A DNA stretch of 64,000 nucleotides from Octopus bimaculoides (lineage: Eukaryota). Each line of letters starts with the position of its first letter. The first letter of the stretch is position 1. Positions 1 through 12,991 of this stretch are shown in pieces. Position numbers and translations under genes: made by a program. The notes under the pieces are model-generated. The model was not told the DNA's origin. It worked only from the letters and a program-made list of their open reading frames with translations, and searched no databases. Where the stretch lies: the NCBI RefSeq assembly GCF_001194135.2, contig NC_068994.1, positions 44,884,906-44,948,905 of the forward strand, in the 5' to 3' direction.

Positions 1-1087
1 TCGAGAGGAGTATGGAACCATTGCTAAGAGAGACAGAGAAAGGTAGCACGGGAGAATAATTTTCCTGAATAGAATGAAGGTAAAGTATAGAGAGCATGAA
101 AACTTCTGTTGTATTCCAAAGTCAGGTAAAGTTGAATTTCTTCACAGAAAAAAAAAAAAAAAAAAAAAAAAAAAAGAAAAAAAAAAGGAAAAGCAGCGCC
201 AAAAATGAAAGTCAGTCTTAGTGAAGTGTGTGTTTTCTTTAAGCTTGAGGAAGGTGGTTGTACTTGAAGAAATATATTAAAAATCAACCATCAACAGAAA
301 TAAATAAATATATAAATAAATAACAGACAAATTGATATTATGACTTTGAGATACAACACATGAGGCAGACAATCACTTTACAGTTTCTACTGTTAGCATC
401 TATAAGGCACATTTTGTTTTGTTTGGGTTTTTTTTTTAATCTACTTCTCAATCTAATTTCCACCACCTCTCTATCATTTACAATTTGATGAAATGAGTTT
501 AGAGGTTATCTTTTATATCATCATCCCTATTATTCAGCTGTAGTGTCACTTATACAGCACCATTAATACACTGATGGTAATTCTACTTTGGCAGCTAGGC
601 TTACACCATCAGCCCTCAAGCTTCACATTTACAAGGACTTCAACATGTGTTGATTAAATCAAAATATCTGGTGTTACAGTTATGAACGATTTGCATCTCC
701 ACTTAACAAGACATTGTTCGTGGATTTATTTCTAATCAAAACATAGAAAATCAAACAAACCAACAGAAAAAGTTTGTAGGATTAGCTAACATAATATTTC
801 TTTATAGATATCAAAAAATGATCATCTGCTTCATGAGTTGCATGTTAAAAATGAATTTTTAAAATTATTTCTCGCGCAATTAAGGTTAAAATCACACACA
901 AAAAAAAAAATGGCATTTAAGTTTTAGATATTTTTTCTTTCTATGAGACTCCATGGGTTTTTTTCAGTTGTCTATTTTTCCTTTTCAATTAAAAATTTGC
1001 TTATATTTTGAAATCTGTTGCAACATCTGGTGCCAGGATTTTTAGGGTTGCTGAAAAAGTTGTTGTAGTAGCCATTGGCATACATAC

Positions 1088-1173
1088 TTGGAATTCTGCC
1101 TGAAGACCACCACGAAACACCCATGGTTCCTGATCTCCACTTGTGAAAGCTTCTTTATAGCCACTAGTGCACC
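1088..1173 (-). CDS. OGA: OGA exon 11 (86 nt): CTSGYKEAFTSGDQEPWVFRGGLQAEFQ; gene continues left of window
   Basis: Acceptor acatgtag behind a pyrimidine tract, donor gtatgt, phase 1 to 0. GDQEPWxFRGGLxxEFQ is conserved in OGA. Confidence 0.93.
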
Positions 1174-4100
1174 CTACATGTCCATTGAGAAAAAGAAAGA
1201 ATAAGATTAGATCAGCCATACATCAGCAACCAGAAAGAGAGAGAGAAATTTGGGGGGGGGGGGGTGGAGTTAGGGGAGAAAAAAAAAAGTTACCAGAAAG
1301 GGAGAAAAAAAATTTTGATAATTAAATAATATTTTAAAATTTAAATAGTATTCAAATCCTAAGATAATAGCTTAGCAAAAAATAGAACTCAACTGCAGAA
1401 GTTAGTTTCGCTTAAGGGCTGAACCCTTTACCTTAGTTATATAAGTGGAACATATTTTATCAATCTCCAGAAAACTAGAGGGACTACATTACCCATCATA
1501 CCATTGAAACTATAACCATAACTAATTATCACAAGACCAGTTTTCAAGTGATAATCTTTAACATGTAATATCAAGCAATAACTTTTATCATGCTATAACT
1601 GATATGGCCTGCAGATACAAATAACCTAATACATAAGCATACCTGCAGCATGATGGAGGACACACAAAATAGACCAAACCACGATATATCAAGGTTATGA
1701 GAATGATAAATGCAACTATGTCTCTACTAACAGGTCTGCACATGTTGTTGACCAAGAATAAATATATTCAGAACAACTACACACACAATAATACAATGCA
1801 AAATTTTTTAAATGTTAAATCTATTCTACAGAACCAACAGCATCAACTTTGTCTCAAACACTAAGATGAAAAGGGCTGATAAGTTAAAAGTTAATTATTT
1901 GAACAGAGAGATTAAGACCAAAAAAAAAAAAAAAAAAAAAAAAAAGTGAAAAAAAAAAAAAAGAAAACTTAAGTAATCTAAACTCTGTGACCAGCATGTA
2001 TTAACACACCACATCTCATAGTCTGAGTAGACAAGTGACATGAGAGAATATCACTTTTCGTTAATCTCTGCTAACATCCAATGTTGTTTGTGGTTATTTG
2101 TTTATAAACACTTCAGTCTTTAACAGATTATATAGTTATAAAATCAACCACAAATATACACTTACACACTGACAACTGTGGCAGCAACTAAGTGGACAGA
2201 GAACTGATTTACTAAGTGAACAGACAGAAACTGTCACCAACCAGCTCTGAGAGGTGTCCCTGACAGTTACAAATAGAAACCATAGTTCTGTTCACCCAGC
2301 TGTAAATAAGTACCATAGAGCGGTACTGTTCACTAACTGTAAATAGAATCTATCTCACTGAAAACACTGTATGCAGTGGAAGCTCAATGCTGGGCTCAAT
2401 GATATCTTTGTGAATGATTTCTGGAGAAGGAGCATTTCTAGACTAATTTTTCCAAAAGACACTGCATGAAAGCAAGGAGTCACTACCATATACCCACATG
2501 TTAAAGGATGGATTCAATATCAAAGTAACTTCTCACCTCATTATTTTTTTAAATCTCAAACCCACCCAAAACCCACAAAAAAAAAACAAAAAACCAATTA
2601 GACATTAGACGTATATGTAAACTGGTGTGTCCATTGGTACTTTTGATTTCTTTTCCCATTCTGTTTGATTAAAGAGCATGGCAGAGAGAAAATTTTTAAA
2701 AANNNNNNNNNNNNNNNNNNNNNNNNNNNNNNNNNNNNNNNNNAAAAAATAAATCAATTAATCGATTAACCTTCTTTCTTAACTCTAACTTCTTGAAAAA
2801 AAATTTTTTTTTTAAATAATAAAGAAGACCTTGACAGCAATAACATTAACAACAAATTCAATGAGAAACCAAATGCATTCCAAAATGTTTTTTTGTCTAG
2901 TCACATCAGGAAAAAAAAAAAAAATCATTAATTTATTCCATTACATTATTTCTTGCATAAATGATGTTGTTGCTTTTATTAATTTTAATTAAAACCTAAA
3001 TTTAAAGGAAAAAAATTACATGATGATAAAAACACAAAAACAAAAGTAATAAATATAATAATGATGATTGCAATTATGAGAAGATTTGTTAAAAAAAAAC
3101 TGACATAAAGAGAAGGTTAATTCCATACACAGATGCACATACATACATATATACACATTCAGCAAGCAAGTAGAAAAATCAAAGTCAGTTGGTGTTGCCA
3201 AAGTAGAATGAAGACATTAGCCTTTGTGCAGTGACACAACCTACATCTATGACCCAAGAAGGGTGAACTGGGTTGTACTTGACAGATGAAAGAAGAATAT
3301 GTATCTAGGATTGAATCGAATGCTCTTAAAACTTCGGCCCTCTCTAAACATAAGTGTGTAAACAAACAGAACTGAAAATATACAATGAACAAGAGTTGAA
3401 TGAAGGTGTCTACAGCAGGAAGGTAGGAAAAAAAAGGTGAAGTCCTACCTTAGGACAGTGGGTTTCACAAAGAAATTGTGATGAGTGGTGGTAGGCTGTC
3501 AAGTACATCAACTCAATCCATACCAGTATGGAAACATGGATATTAAAATAAATAATATATGACAAAAACAAAGACAAAAAAATATGAATAATGAAAACAA
3601 ACTCAGCCTTCAAATGACTACCAATGAAAGACATCTAAACTGACCACTAACCAATTGTCCAAAGATATTGTAGTTCAGACCACAACTACTATTCTATATT
3701 CAGGCCAATAAAGGTTTCTCTACACAGTTGTTTGACTTGTTAAAAATAATATCCAAACCTCCCTCAAATGACACCCTACTTTCATAATACAGAAACACAC
3801 ACTGGATAGTGTAGTCCCAGACAGAATGGCAATGTCTTTGAACAAATGTCTGATCAACCAAGACTGACATGGGACTGAATAAACAACACACTATCTTATC
3901 CTATTTGTTCTGTACTCCCGCCAGGACAGAGAAATGTGTATGCGTGTGTTTTTCAGAGCTGACAGGTAATATGAAGTTGCATACACCAGGGAAGTCAACA
4001 ACAATAAACCAAAGATACACTACACGTCTGTTGAGCTGAGATTATGTTAGCAAATCTACTTAACTTGCTCTTCTTAAACAAGACCAGAAGGGATCTAGAT

Positions 4101-4805
4101 AACTGGAGGGATCAGTAACCTGTTAACTGACAATTACCTATGGAAACTAGTTCTGAAATGATGTTACTGCCACTGACCAGTACATTGATACAACTGCAAT
4201 AAAATGTTCTTAAATACCTATCATGTACATTATTCTCCCTATATTTTAGACAAAAATTTATAAAGGACAGGAAATTTATAAAAGACAAAGAAATAAGACT
4301 ATGTAGTAAAGAGGGACTTTTTTTTAGAGAGCAAGAGAAACAGAGAAAGTATAAGTTGGAACTGAAACCAGCTCACAGATTTGCCTTACCAGGGACTTAC
4401 CTCTCTCTCTACAGTAACCATGGTGACAAAGTTAAAAGCACTTTTTGCTAACATCTCACATCAGTGATAAAAAAACTTGGACAACTGATACATACACAAC
4501 ATGCATAACAGTAAATAATTTGAAGATGACAACACAATACATAACAGTAAAGTGTTGGATTAGTGGAGACAGTCTAATATATTATAATTTATGAAATGGT
4601 TAATGCATACGTTGACAAGCAGGTCAGCACATGTGTGTCAAAACTGTTTTATAGTTGCACAAATTAAATACAGCAAAATATTTCCTTCTTTAAATAATAA
4701 AATGAAAATGTAAAAAGAAACCATGTTGCCTAAACAGTTCAAACTGGTACCATAAAGTAGACATTTTATTTTCTACACTACAAATATTTAAAGACTGTAC
4801 AATAT

Positions 4806-4853
<48 letters not shown>

Positions 4854-6006
4854 GTATATGTATACATATGTATATTGCTTGTTAATAAAAAATAATTTAG
4901 TGGGTTTATCTTCCATTGGAACAAATAAGACATTTCTGTACTCAAAGGAAAGTAATTTTGTCAATAAGACTGTACTACCATTATTTATTTACTTGTTAAT
5001 TTTGTGCCTGTACAAAAAAATGAGGTTTTGAAAGAAACCAGAACTTAAACACAGTTTATATGAACAATGAATTAATAATTCTTGTTAACTAATTTAATAC
5101 ATAAAATTACTTGCATTTATTTTAAACAATTAATTAGATCACAAACAACATTTTCAAATGAGTACTTTCCATTTCATGTATGCGTGTATATGCTTGTATA
5201 CATGTATATACACATACATGCATACACACACATATAATCATAGCTAAAAAAAAATATTCTATTACACCAGTTAAAACTAGGATATGCAATACTGGTTCCA
5301 TATTTGAGAGAAAAGAAAGAAAATTAAAAATAAAAAAAATTTAGGAAGCAAAAGTTGCATCCTCAACTGCACAAGAACTGCAGCATGGTTGCAACTTTAT
5401 GGCATCATAAAACCCTCATATCTCAGAGAAAGGCTGGAAAAGCAAGCTGAAAGTGAAAACAGAAAGATTGAAAACACACCATACTGACATTCATGTAACC
5501 TTGTTACACATTAAGAGTGCATATATTTCTGGGAAGGGGGTCTATTTATTTTGTCAAAGTATGCCAAACAAACTCAAAAGTTATTGGATATTTCCAAATT
5601 TTGTTTCAATCGAAATATTTTTGTATGTGCTTAAGACAAAAGAAGACAGTAAATGGAGTTTGACAAGAAACTGAAGAATTTTGTGAATTTTTCTTAAAAG
5701 CAAAATAAGGATTGAATAAAATCTAAAAGAAAAAGAAAATTTAAATATATAAATATATGTATATATTATACAAACAAACAAACATACACAGATGGACAAG
5801 CAGGCAGGGGAACAACATTTTGAAAGAAAAAGGTTTACAGTTTGTCAATATGGCTTATATTTCCTATATGAATGTTTGACCTAGCTTGCTTTTCCATTTA
5901 ACTTTGTTTAATAAACAGACTTGATCATCATCATCATCACTGTTGTTGTCATAATATTAATTGCAGAGAGGAAAAAAAAAAATAAAACATTAGAAATATA
6001 CGTATA

Positions 6007-6062
<56 letters not shown>

Positions 6063-8175
6063 CACGCACACACACACACATTATGTATATATATATATAT
6101 TATATCAACTATGAAAGAGTTGTGACACAATGTCAAACTGTCCAAAAATACTTGTCAACTTAAATATAAAAAAAAATTCAGTTATGAACACTGAACATAT
6201 ATAAATACAGAAGAAATAGGGAGATGGGAGAATTAAGAAACCAGGCAGGATGGTTGCAAGGGACTTTAGGATCGCTTGCCAACATGTGTGAAATATTTTC
6301 CTTCCCATACATGAGCAATTGTATTTTGAAAATAATCTAAGATTGAAGAAGGTGTCATAATGCTTAAGGCAGTGAGGATCCGTAACTGACACAGACCCAG
6401 TACGTTGTTACAATTTATCATATTCAATTATATGTACTTACATTAAGACAGAAACAATTAAGTAGTAAAATTAAACTATTTTGGAGTACTTAATTGCAAT
6501 CCATCTTTCTTCTGAGTTCAAATTCTGCCAGGAGATAATCTTGCCTTTAATCCACTTCTGAGTTCCATTAAACAGTGCTGAGATTGATTCAATTGAGTAT
6601 ATTCTACCCATGCAAATTATGCCCTAGTGCCACTGTAAGGAACACTGTTCTCAACAACAACAGCAACAATTATAATGGTGGCGATGGTATTTCTTACACT
6701 GGTACCAGAACATGCAATTTTAAGAAGGATAAAGGCAGAGTTGACCATGACATTGAACTCAGAACATAAAGGGACATAACTAAACAGTACTGAAGGCGTT
6801 TAAAATCCAACACTGTTATGTCTGCTGCTCCACCCAACAAAATAGCAACAGAAATCATTGAAGACTGTAAATTTTGGTCAATAGTAAAATGGATTACATT
6901 GACTCTAGTACTAGACTGGTATGAGGTTTATTAACCCTTGCGAAACCCAGAGTATCAAACTCTAAGTGTTTTAGCCAACCTTATTAATTCAAATAGGAGA
7001 CTACCTTTAAATGTGCTAGCTTTTTTTTTTTTTTTTGTGTAGCCCCCAAATGAGCAAACTTAATGACACATAGGAGGTAGAACAAATGGTGAAGTGAAAT
7101 TCTGCCACTGTGTGTAGTGACTGCTGTAACCACCAACTCTATATTCAATGACATCATTATGTACAAACATATGTCAAAGGTGAAATTTTTTTTTACTTTA
7201 TTACAAAGAGAAATCCCATAAAATGACAATTTATCAATGTAAACAAAATTGGCACTAAGCTGGAATCCTGTAATGTAAAAAGATTTTCAAGGAATTCTCA
7301 GAAGAGGAGTACTAAGGATAAGCATTTAATTCACGAGATTAAACTGAAAAAGGGGAGAAATTCTCTCTAGGACATTAGTCAACTGTAATTTTCTTTCTCA
7401 AAGATCTCACAGCTACTGCTCCAAGTTGAATTGAGTCATGTAGAATTAAATGTAAAGTCCTTCAAAGACAAATGGAGCAGGGAGACGAATAACCATTAAT
7501 ACTTAATGTAGAATTAAATGTGCTGCACAAATATATAACAAAATGCCCTGCAGTGGTTTTACAACCAAGACCTATAAGCTAGAAATCCTTTATAATATCC
7601 ATTCTGCAAGGCCACTTCAATTCTGATGAATTTTAGTCATGGATTAAATGCAGATTACAGGGGATTTACAGTTATTAGATAGGATTTACAAGGTTTGTTC
7701 TTGCCTCTTAACTGGAAAAATTGATCACTTAAGAATAAAGAAGAGTCTTTAAGCTAAGTGTATGGGGCTGATGTGCGCCACTAAGTAAGTTTATAATAAC
7801 CTGCATGAAAAACAACTAAATTAGTTTAGCAGATACAAAATTTCCCTGAAATATTTTAGCATCACTGACAAGGATATCAAACCTGAACAAGGCTTTTAGT
7901 GAAAAATTTAGCCAGGAATACGACAATAATACTTTTGTTAATAAATTTCTTTTTTAATTGTCATCTTCAAAAGACCTTAAAATATTCTTTTACCTTCTAT
8001 TTTGGAGAATTACAAACACCATTCAAACAACTATGTCAGCTTTTCTAACACTTTCCAACATCACCATAGGAAAATATGAATGACCGTGTAATCGAGAATG
8101 TGATACCAACAAAATGACGACAAATTCTAAAACACCACATACATGCATTCTACCATACATACACACAGACAGTCA

Positions 8176-8206
<31 letters not shown>

Positions 8207-8251
8207 GCACAAAAAAAAAAGACATAAAAAACAGGTGATGTAAGTTCATAC

Positions 8252-8305
8252 ATGTTAAGGTCCCTTGTTGATGCATTACTGACAAGTAAGGAACATGGCC
8301 CAAAC
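8252..8305 (-). CDS. OGA: OGA exon 10 (54 nt, phase 1-1): S-LGHVPYLSVMHQQGTLT-W
   Basis: Strong acceptor ttctttctgtttcag, donor gtatga, frame-preserving. Gives WLSLGHVP...GTLTWCTSGYKEAF, like the insert I recall in invertebrate OGAs (not verified by search). Confidence 0.75.
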
Positions 8306-8459
8306 CTGAAACAGAAAGAAAATACAATAGTTAGGACATTAGAGACTCAAAATGGATGATCATAACAACTGACAAGGAAAACTGTTCTAGGAAAGAGAAA
8401 CATTCAGTGGGGGGGGGGGGAAGAAAAAAAGCTAATATAAATGAAGTAGAAGTACTCAC

Positions 8460-8634
8460 TAAGCCAACGAATGTATGCTTTGCATAGTATGAAGATACTT
8501 TTCAAGTCCCAGACATAGGGGTAGAGTTCATAAGCAATAGCTCGGTTGGGGATCTTGAAGAACTTGTCAAATATGGTGAAGATCTTGTCCACTCCATCAC
8601 AGAATGCCTTTGCCCTTTCATGCCATTGTTCCGC
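8460..8634 (-). CDS. OGA: OGA exon 9 (175 nt): AEQWHERA...AYELYPYVWDLKSIFILCKAYIRWL
   Basis: AAG acceptor (gtgtattataag), donor gtgagt, phase 0 to 1. Matches human EEWRSRA...YDMYSYVWDIKSI...FVQWL. Confidence 0.93.
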
Positions 8635-9505
8635 CTTATAATACACAACAATTAAGAGACAACAGTTAGGCTAAACAATATGACTTATTATATATTGGCT
8701 AATATTTGGTAAATAGACACACACTTATCCATATGCATACCAGCTGCTTGCAAGCAGAGCCAACACATGTACATACACACATAAATACAACACTAAATAG
8801 ACATACTCACATGTAAACACAGGAATAACATGACAGCCAACACAAGTTTAGTTAACAGTGTGACTTATGGAACACTACCAACATACATTCACTCATCCTG
8901 TCAAACACACACAAAACAGCTTTCTAATAATATCAATAGATTTATCAACTTCTAAGTCAAGCAATGATAACCCAGGCTGTAGGTCTGGACATGATTGTAT
9001 GAAAAACTGGCTATTTCCTTTCCATAACACTAGAGTACTGGAACGGAGAGGAAAGTACTGTTTAGTAAAAGAGTTTGGTGCTTGTATTGCCACAACAATA
9101 CTAGATAATCCTTAATTACTAGAGACCTTAATTCCAGATTTCCTTTGAGGATCTAAGTTTTGTGTCAGAAATCAGAGCCTCGGTACAGTTCCAACATCAA
9201 GACAGATTGAAATGATTAGTAAACTGCGATCTGATCTGAGACAAGAACTAAAGCAGTAACAGGAGTTGAAATCAGCACTGCATGCTAACGAAGCATTAGT
9301 TAATTTTCTCATGCTGCTACTGCTGCTGTTCCAGTTGTGTGGTATCCTATTTACAACTCACTGGACTGCATTATTTGAAAGTTAATTATTTTGCATACAA
9401 TTATGACCCAGTGGGGGCATTAGGAAAGAAACTGCAACCCTATTGGATGCCCATTTGCTACTCTACCAACACAGTTACTTTGTACTTTTGTATGCCCTCC
9501 ACACA

Positions 9506-10135
9506 CATCATCGTTTAACGTCCGCTTTCCATGCTAGCATGGGTTGGACGATTTGACTGAGGACTGGTGAAACCAGATGGCTACACCAGGCTCCAATCTG
9601 ATTTGGCAGAGTTTCTACAGCTGGATGCCCTTCCTAACGCCAACCACTCAGAGAGTGTAGTGGGTGCTTTTACATGTCACCCGCATGAAGGCCAGTCAGG
9701 CGGTACTGGCAACGACCACGCTCAAAATGGTGTCTTTTACGTGCCACCTGCATGGGAGCCAGTCCAACAGCACTGGCAACGATCTCGCTCGAATGTCCTT
9801 ACACATGCCACCGGCACAAGTGCCATCACAATTTCGCTTGCCTCATCAAGTCTTCGCAAGCTGAGTTTCTGTGTCCAATGAAGAAGACGACGTTGGCAAT
9901 CATCATTTAATGGGTTGAACAGTTTGACAGGAGCTGACAAGGCCAGAGGCCGCACCATGATCCACTGTCTGTTCTGGCATTATTTCTATAGGTGGATGCA
10001 CTTCCTAACACCCGAACACCAACCACTTCATGGTGTGTACTGGGTGCTTTTTACAAGGCATCATCACCAGTGCTTTTTACATGGTACCAATACCAGTGCT
10101 TTTTATGTGGCACCAACACTAGTGTTTCTTATGTG
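9506..10135 (-). mobile_element. RTE-tailed SINE / short retroposon, young copy followed by a diverged copy
   Basis: On the minus strand it ends ...AACCCATGCTAGCATGGAAAGCGGACGTTAAACG(ATG)n. Near-identical segments recur at 28674, 45363, 57531 and 63776. Confidence 0.8.
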
Positions 10136-10238
10136 ACACCTGATGCATTACATACACACACACACAGTTATATGACATAACTACAACCACATACACATTA
10201 CAAACAAACACACACACACAATAAAAAGAAATACTCAC

Positions 10239-11251
10239 CTCTGGTTTCAGTCCATTCTTTGCCCTGCTCTCAGCTACCAGGTTAGCATTGCTACGTAGCC
10301 AGTGCATCTCTTGTAGCAGCTGCAGTCCACATTCACCATGTTCAAATGGCATGTAGAACAGCTCAACAAACTGCCTTAGGTCATCACAAGACAAGACCTC
10401 AACATTGTCCGCAGAGTCAAATGATCCACTTGATGAACTAGTAGTACAGCTGGCCGTACCGCTGCCACTATTGTGACTACCATTGTTATTACTACTACCA
10501 CAGTTGCTGTTGCTTGTGGTGGCGGTAGTGGTGGTTGTGGCCGTGGTGCAGCCAACTGCGTTGTCAACCTGCATCACATTGTCAGATGGCGAACTGCTTG
10601 CCGATTTCAGACCTTCGTCTGATGTGGTTGTAGTGGTGGTGATGGTGGTAGTGGAGATAGTGGAAGGTGGAGAGAGTGGAGGAGGGGGAGTGGTGGCGGT
10701 GGGAGGAGAGGTCACAGTGTCTGAGGCTGCAACGCCAGTGCTTGCATTGAAGGCGATTGTGGTGGAGGTGGTGGCAGCAACAAAGGGGAAACAGTCCATT
10801 GGCTCAGTGTCTGGGCAGAGAGGATCACCTATCACCTCGGCATCAATTCCGACTGAATCTGGCTCGACCAAGCTGTTGATTGGAGCCATCACTGGCTGCA
10901 TGTAAGACGATGCTGCCGAATTGTCTACAACCTCACTATTTGGAAAGACTCCACCAACCATACCAACTGGCATTGGAGACACCATACTGCCCGTGGGCAG
11001 AGTCATTGTTGGAGAGGTCACCGTGGCACAGGTGTTTACAGATGGGATCAATGGCACAATTGGCTTTGGAAACGTTAGCCTCACTGAATGACGGCTGCAT
11101 GCCAACTCTTTGATCCACTCATTGATGGCTACCTTCAGCGCAGCCCTCGGTTGGTAGCGTGTGTCAAATTTAGCAGGGATGTCCTCGTCAGATGTGAAAT
11201 CAATTTCAGTTTCCAGTTTGATGTCAGAAGCAATTGGACTCAAGCGGTCAC
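10239..11251 (-). CDS. OGA: OGA exon 8 (1013 nt): end of catalytic domain, Thr/Ser-rich disordered linker, start of stalk domain
   Basis: Acceptor ttttctag, donor gtgagt, phase 1 to 0. Encodes DIKLETE...ALKVAINEW and DDLRQFVELFYMPFEHG...EMHWLRSN, similar to human LFYLPYEHG...EFQWLRAN. Confidence 0.95.
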
Positions 11252-12252
11252 CTAGAAAACACACAAAAAAGAAAGACATGAATCACAATCAGAAAACAGA
11301 GGGAAATGCAACAACAATAACAGTTGCTTCACATTCTGGCACAAGAGCAGCTGTTCTGATGGAAGGAGGTAAGGGTGTATTTTATTGATTGGCTTTGAAC
11401 TCAAAATGTAATGGGTAGGAACATATGATACAAGGCATCAATTCCAACATTCTAACAATTCTGCCAGCTTACCACCCTAATAATAATTTTAATTTTGGCA
11501 CAAGACAAGCAGTTTTGAGGGGAGGAGGAAAGTTAGTTACATGGCAGTATTTGAACTCAACACAAGGTCGGATGAAATGCCAAAGAACTAATGATTTTAT
11601 CAGTTCACAACCTTAATCATAATAATAACAAGAGCACTCAGAGAGCGCAAACCTCGTCCAAGGCAACACCAACATCCTCTCAACAATTAACCAGAAATTA
11701 TTTTTTAAATGAGAATATCTGAAATAAACTCAACTGCTCTCACAAACAAGAATACTAAAAATGAACCTGACTGATCTCAAAAATTAAGTAAAAAAAAAAC
11801 GGAAAAAATAATCCAGTCCTTATCCGGTACCTGATCGATCCCAATGGTAGTCATAGAATGTGAAGGTGAATGTGCGGGCAGTGTTTGTAATGCTGTGTAT
11901 GTGTCATCTGCAGTGGGAACAGGGACAGTTTTCTCCATGAAAGTCTATCCACTGATATAGTATCTTTATGACCATTAAGGTCTATAGTGAAAAATTTATC
12001 CGTGCATGAGAGAAAACAGAAAGGACCTGCATACGATGCTGTTAACATGGGTTTAACAACATCGTTGCACACAAAAACGCGAGTCCAAGAAGTAAAGCTT
12101 CCTTCAAGGCAGAGCTAGAAATGCAATTGTCAAGTAGATAAGAGGTTTTAAACAGGAGCGATATATTTAAAATTGATGCTTTGGCTGCTATCGTGAAATT
12201 TACTGTAGTCATGACAACAAAGACAGTGGTGGAAGAGAGGCAGTGAACTTAC

Positions 12253-12537
12253 CTGCAATGATATCCTTCTTAACACCATTGACATTGGACTTGCACCACT
12301 GGGCAAGGGTGTGCAGTGGGATAAAGTTGGCCTCAAATTCACAATTTGGGTTCGTCAGAACCCCTTTGACATAAGGGATAATTTCTGGAGAGCGTCCATC
12401 ATAAGGCCCCAGAAAGACTCTCCTCGGGTCATAATCATTTGCGTGAATGTTGTCCCAGATCACAGGTTGACGCTGTAAGATCTTCGACACCTCCGCTAAA
12501 GTCTGTATAGTGATTTTCTTGCTCACAACTTTGTTAC
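12253..12537 (-). CDS. OGA: OGA exon 7 (285 nt): GNKVVSK...[11 protein letters not shown]...[13 protein letters not shown]...KKDIIA
   Basis: Acceptor tttacag, donor gtaagt, phase 1 to 1. [10 protein letters not shown] and [10 protein letters not shown] motifs. Confidence 0.97.
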
Positions 12538-12733
12538 CTGTAAATGAAAAAAAGTCATAATTAATAACTGACCTTGACACATAACTAATACTTTCTGTCA
12601 ACCTTGAAAGGATAAAAGGTGAAGTTAGTCTTGGTGGGATTTGAACCTAATACTAGACCAATTATCTGGCAAGCTTAGAGATGTAAGTGTCCCAGATTTC
12701 TAGATTTTCTGGTTTGCAGGAGACAGTCTAAAT

Positions 12734-12991
12734 TGGTGTTCCTCAAACCATTTTTTTATCTATGGATCCCTTTGATTCCTATTTTACTTGAATGGACCCT
12801 CATAACCATTTCATGTTTAAGAAATCATATATTAGATTTTTATGATTAAATATTATTGCGAATTGTATTAAAAAATTGTTTAAATATTTTGAGTATTGTG
12901 GAAGTATAACCAGTTTATTGCACATAAATTTTAGCAACAAAATCTTATATGAATCCCCAAAGGCCATATGGACCCGGGTCGAGAATCAATA
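12734..12991. mobile_element. Diverged hAT (Charlie-like) MITE
   Basis: Flanked by identical 8-bp TSD GTCTAAAT (12726-12733 and 12992-12999). Eroded TIRs tggtgttcctcaaacc / ggtcgagaatcaata. Confidence 0.6.

Noticed and set aside
1-64. Possible phase-0 exon after acceptor ttcattctattcag (ENYSPVLPFSVSLSNGSILLS...)
   Set aside because: It does not resemble the expected next OGA segment (RLLP...). It runs off the window and cannot be validated.
541-660. Minus-strand LRADGVS resembling human OGA LKANGS
   Set aside because: In-frame stop immediately upstream, no splice sites, and wrong order relative to the missing HAT-domain exons.
9567-9958. MKPDG... ORFs (also at 28362-28784 and 45433-45722)
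   Set aside because: Translations of a repeated SINE, not host genes.
10376-11388. Plus-strand and alternate-frame ORFs overlapping OGA exon 8
   Set aside because: Shadow ORFs of a low-complexity coding exon, with no independent support.
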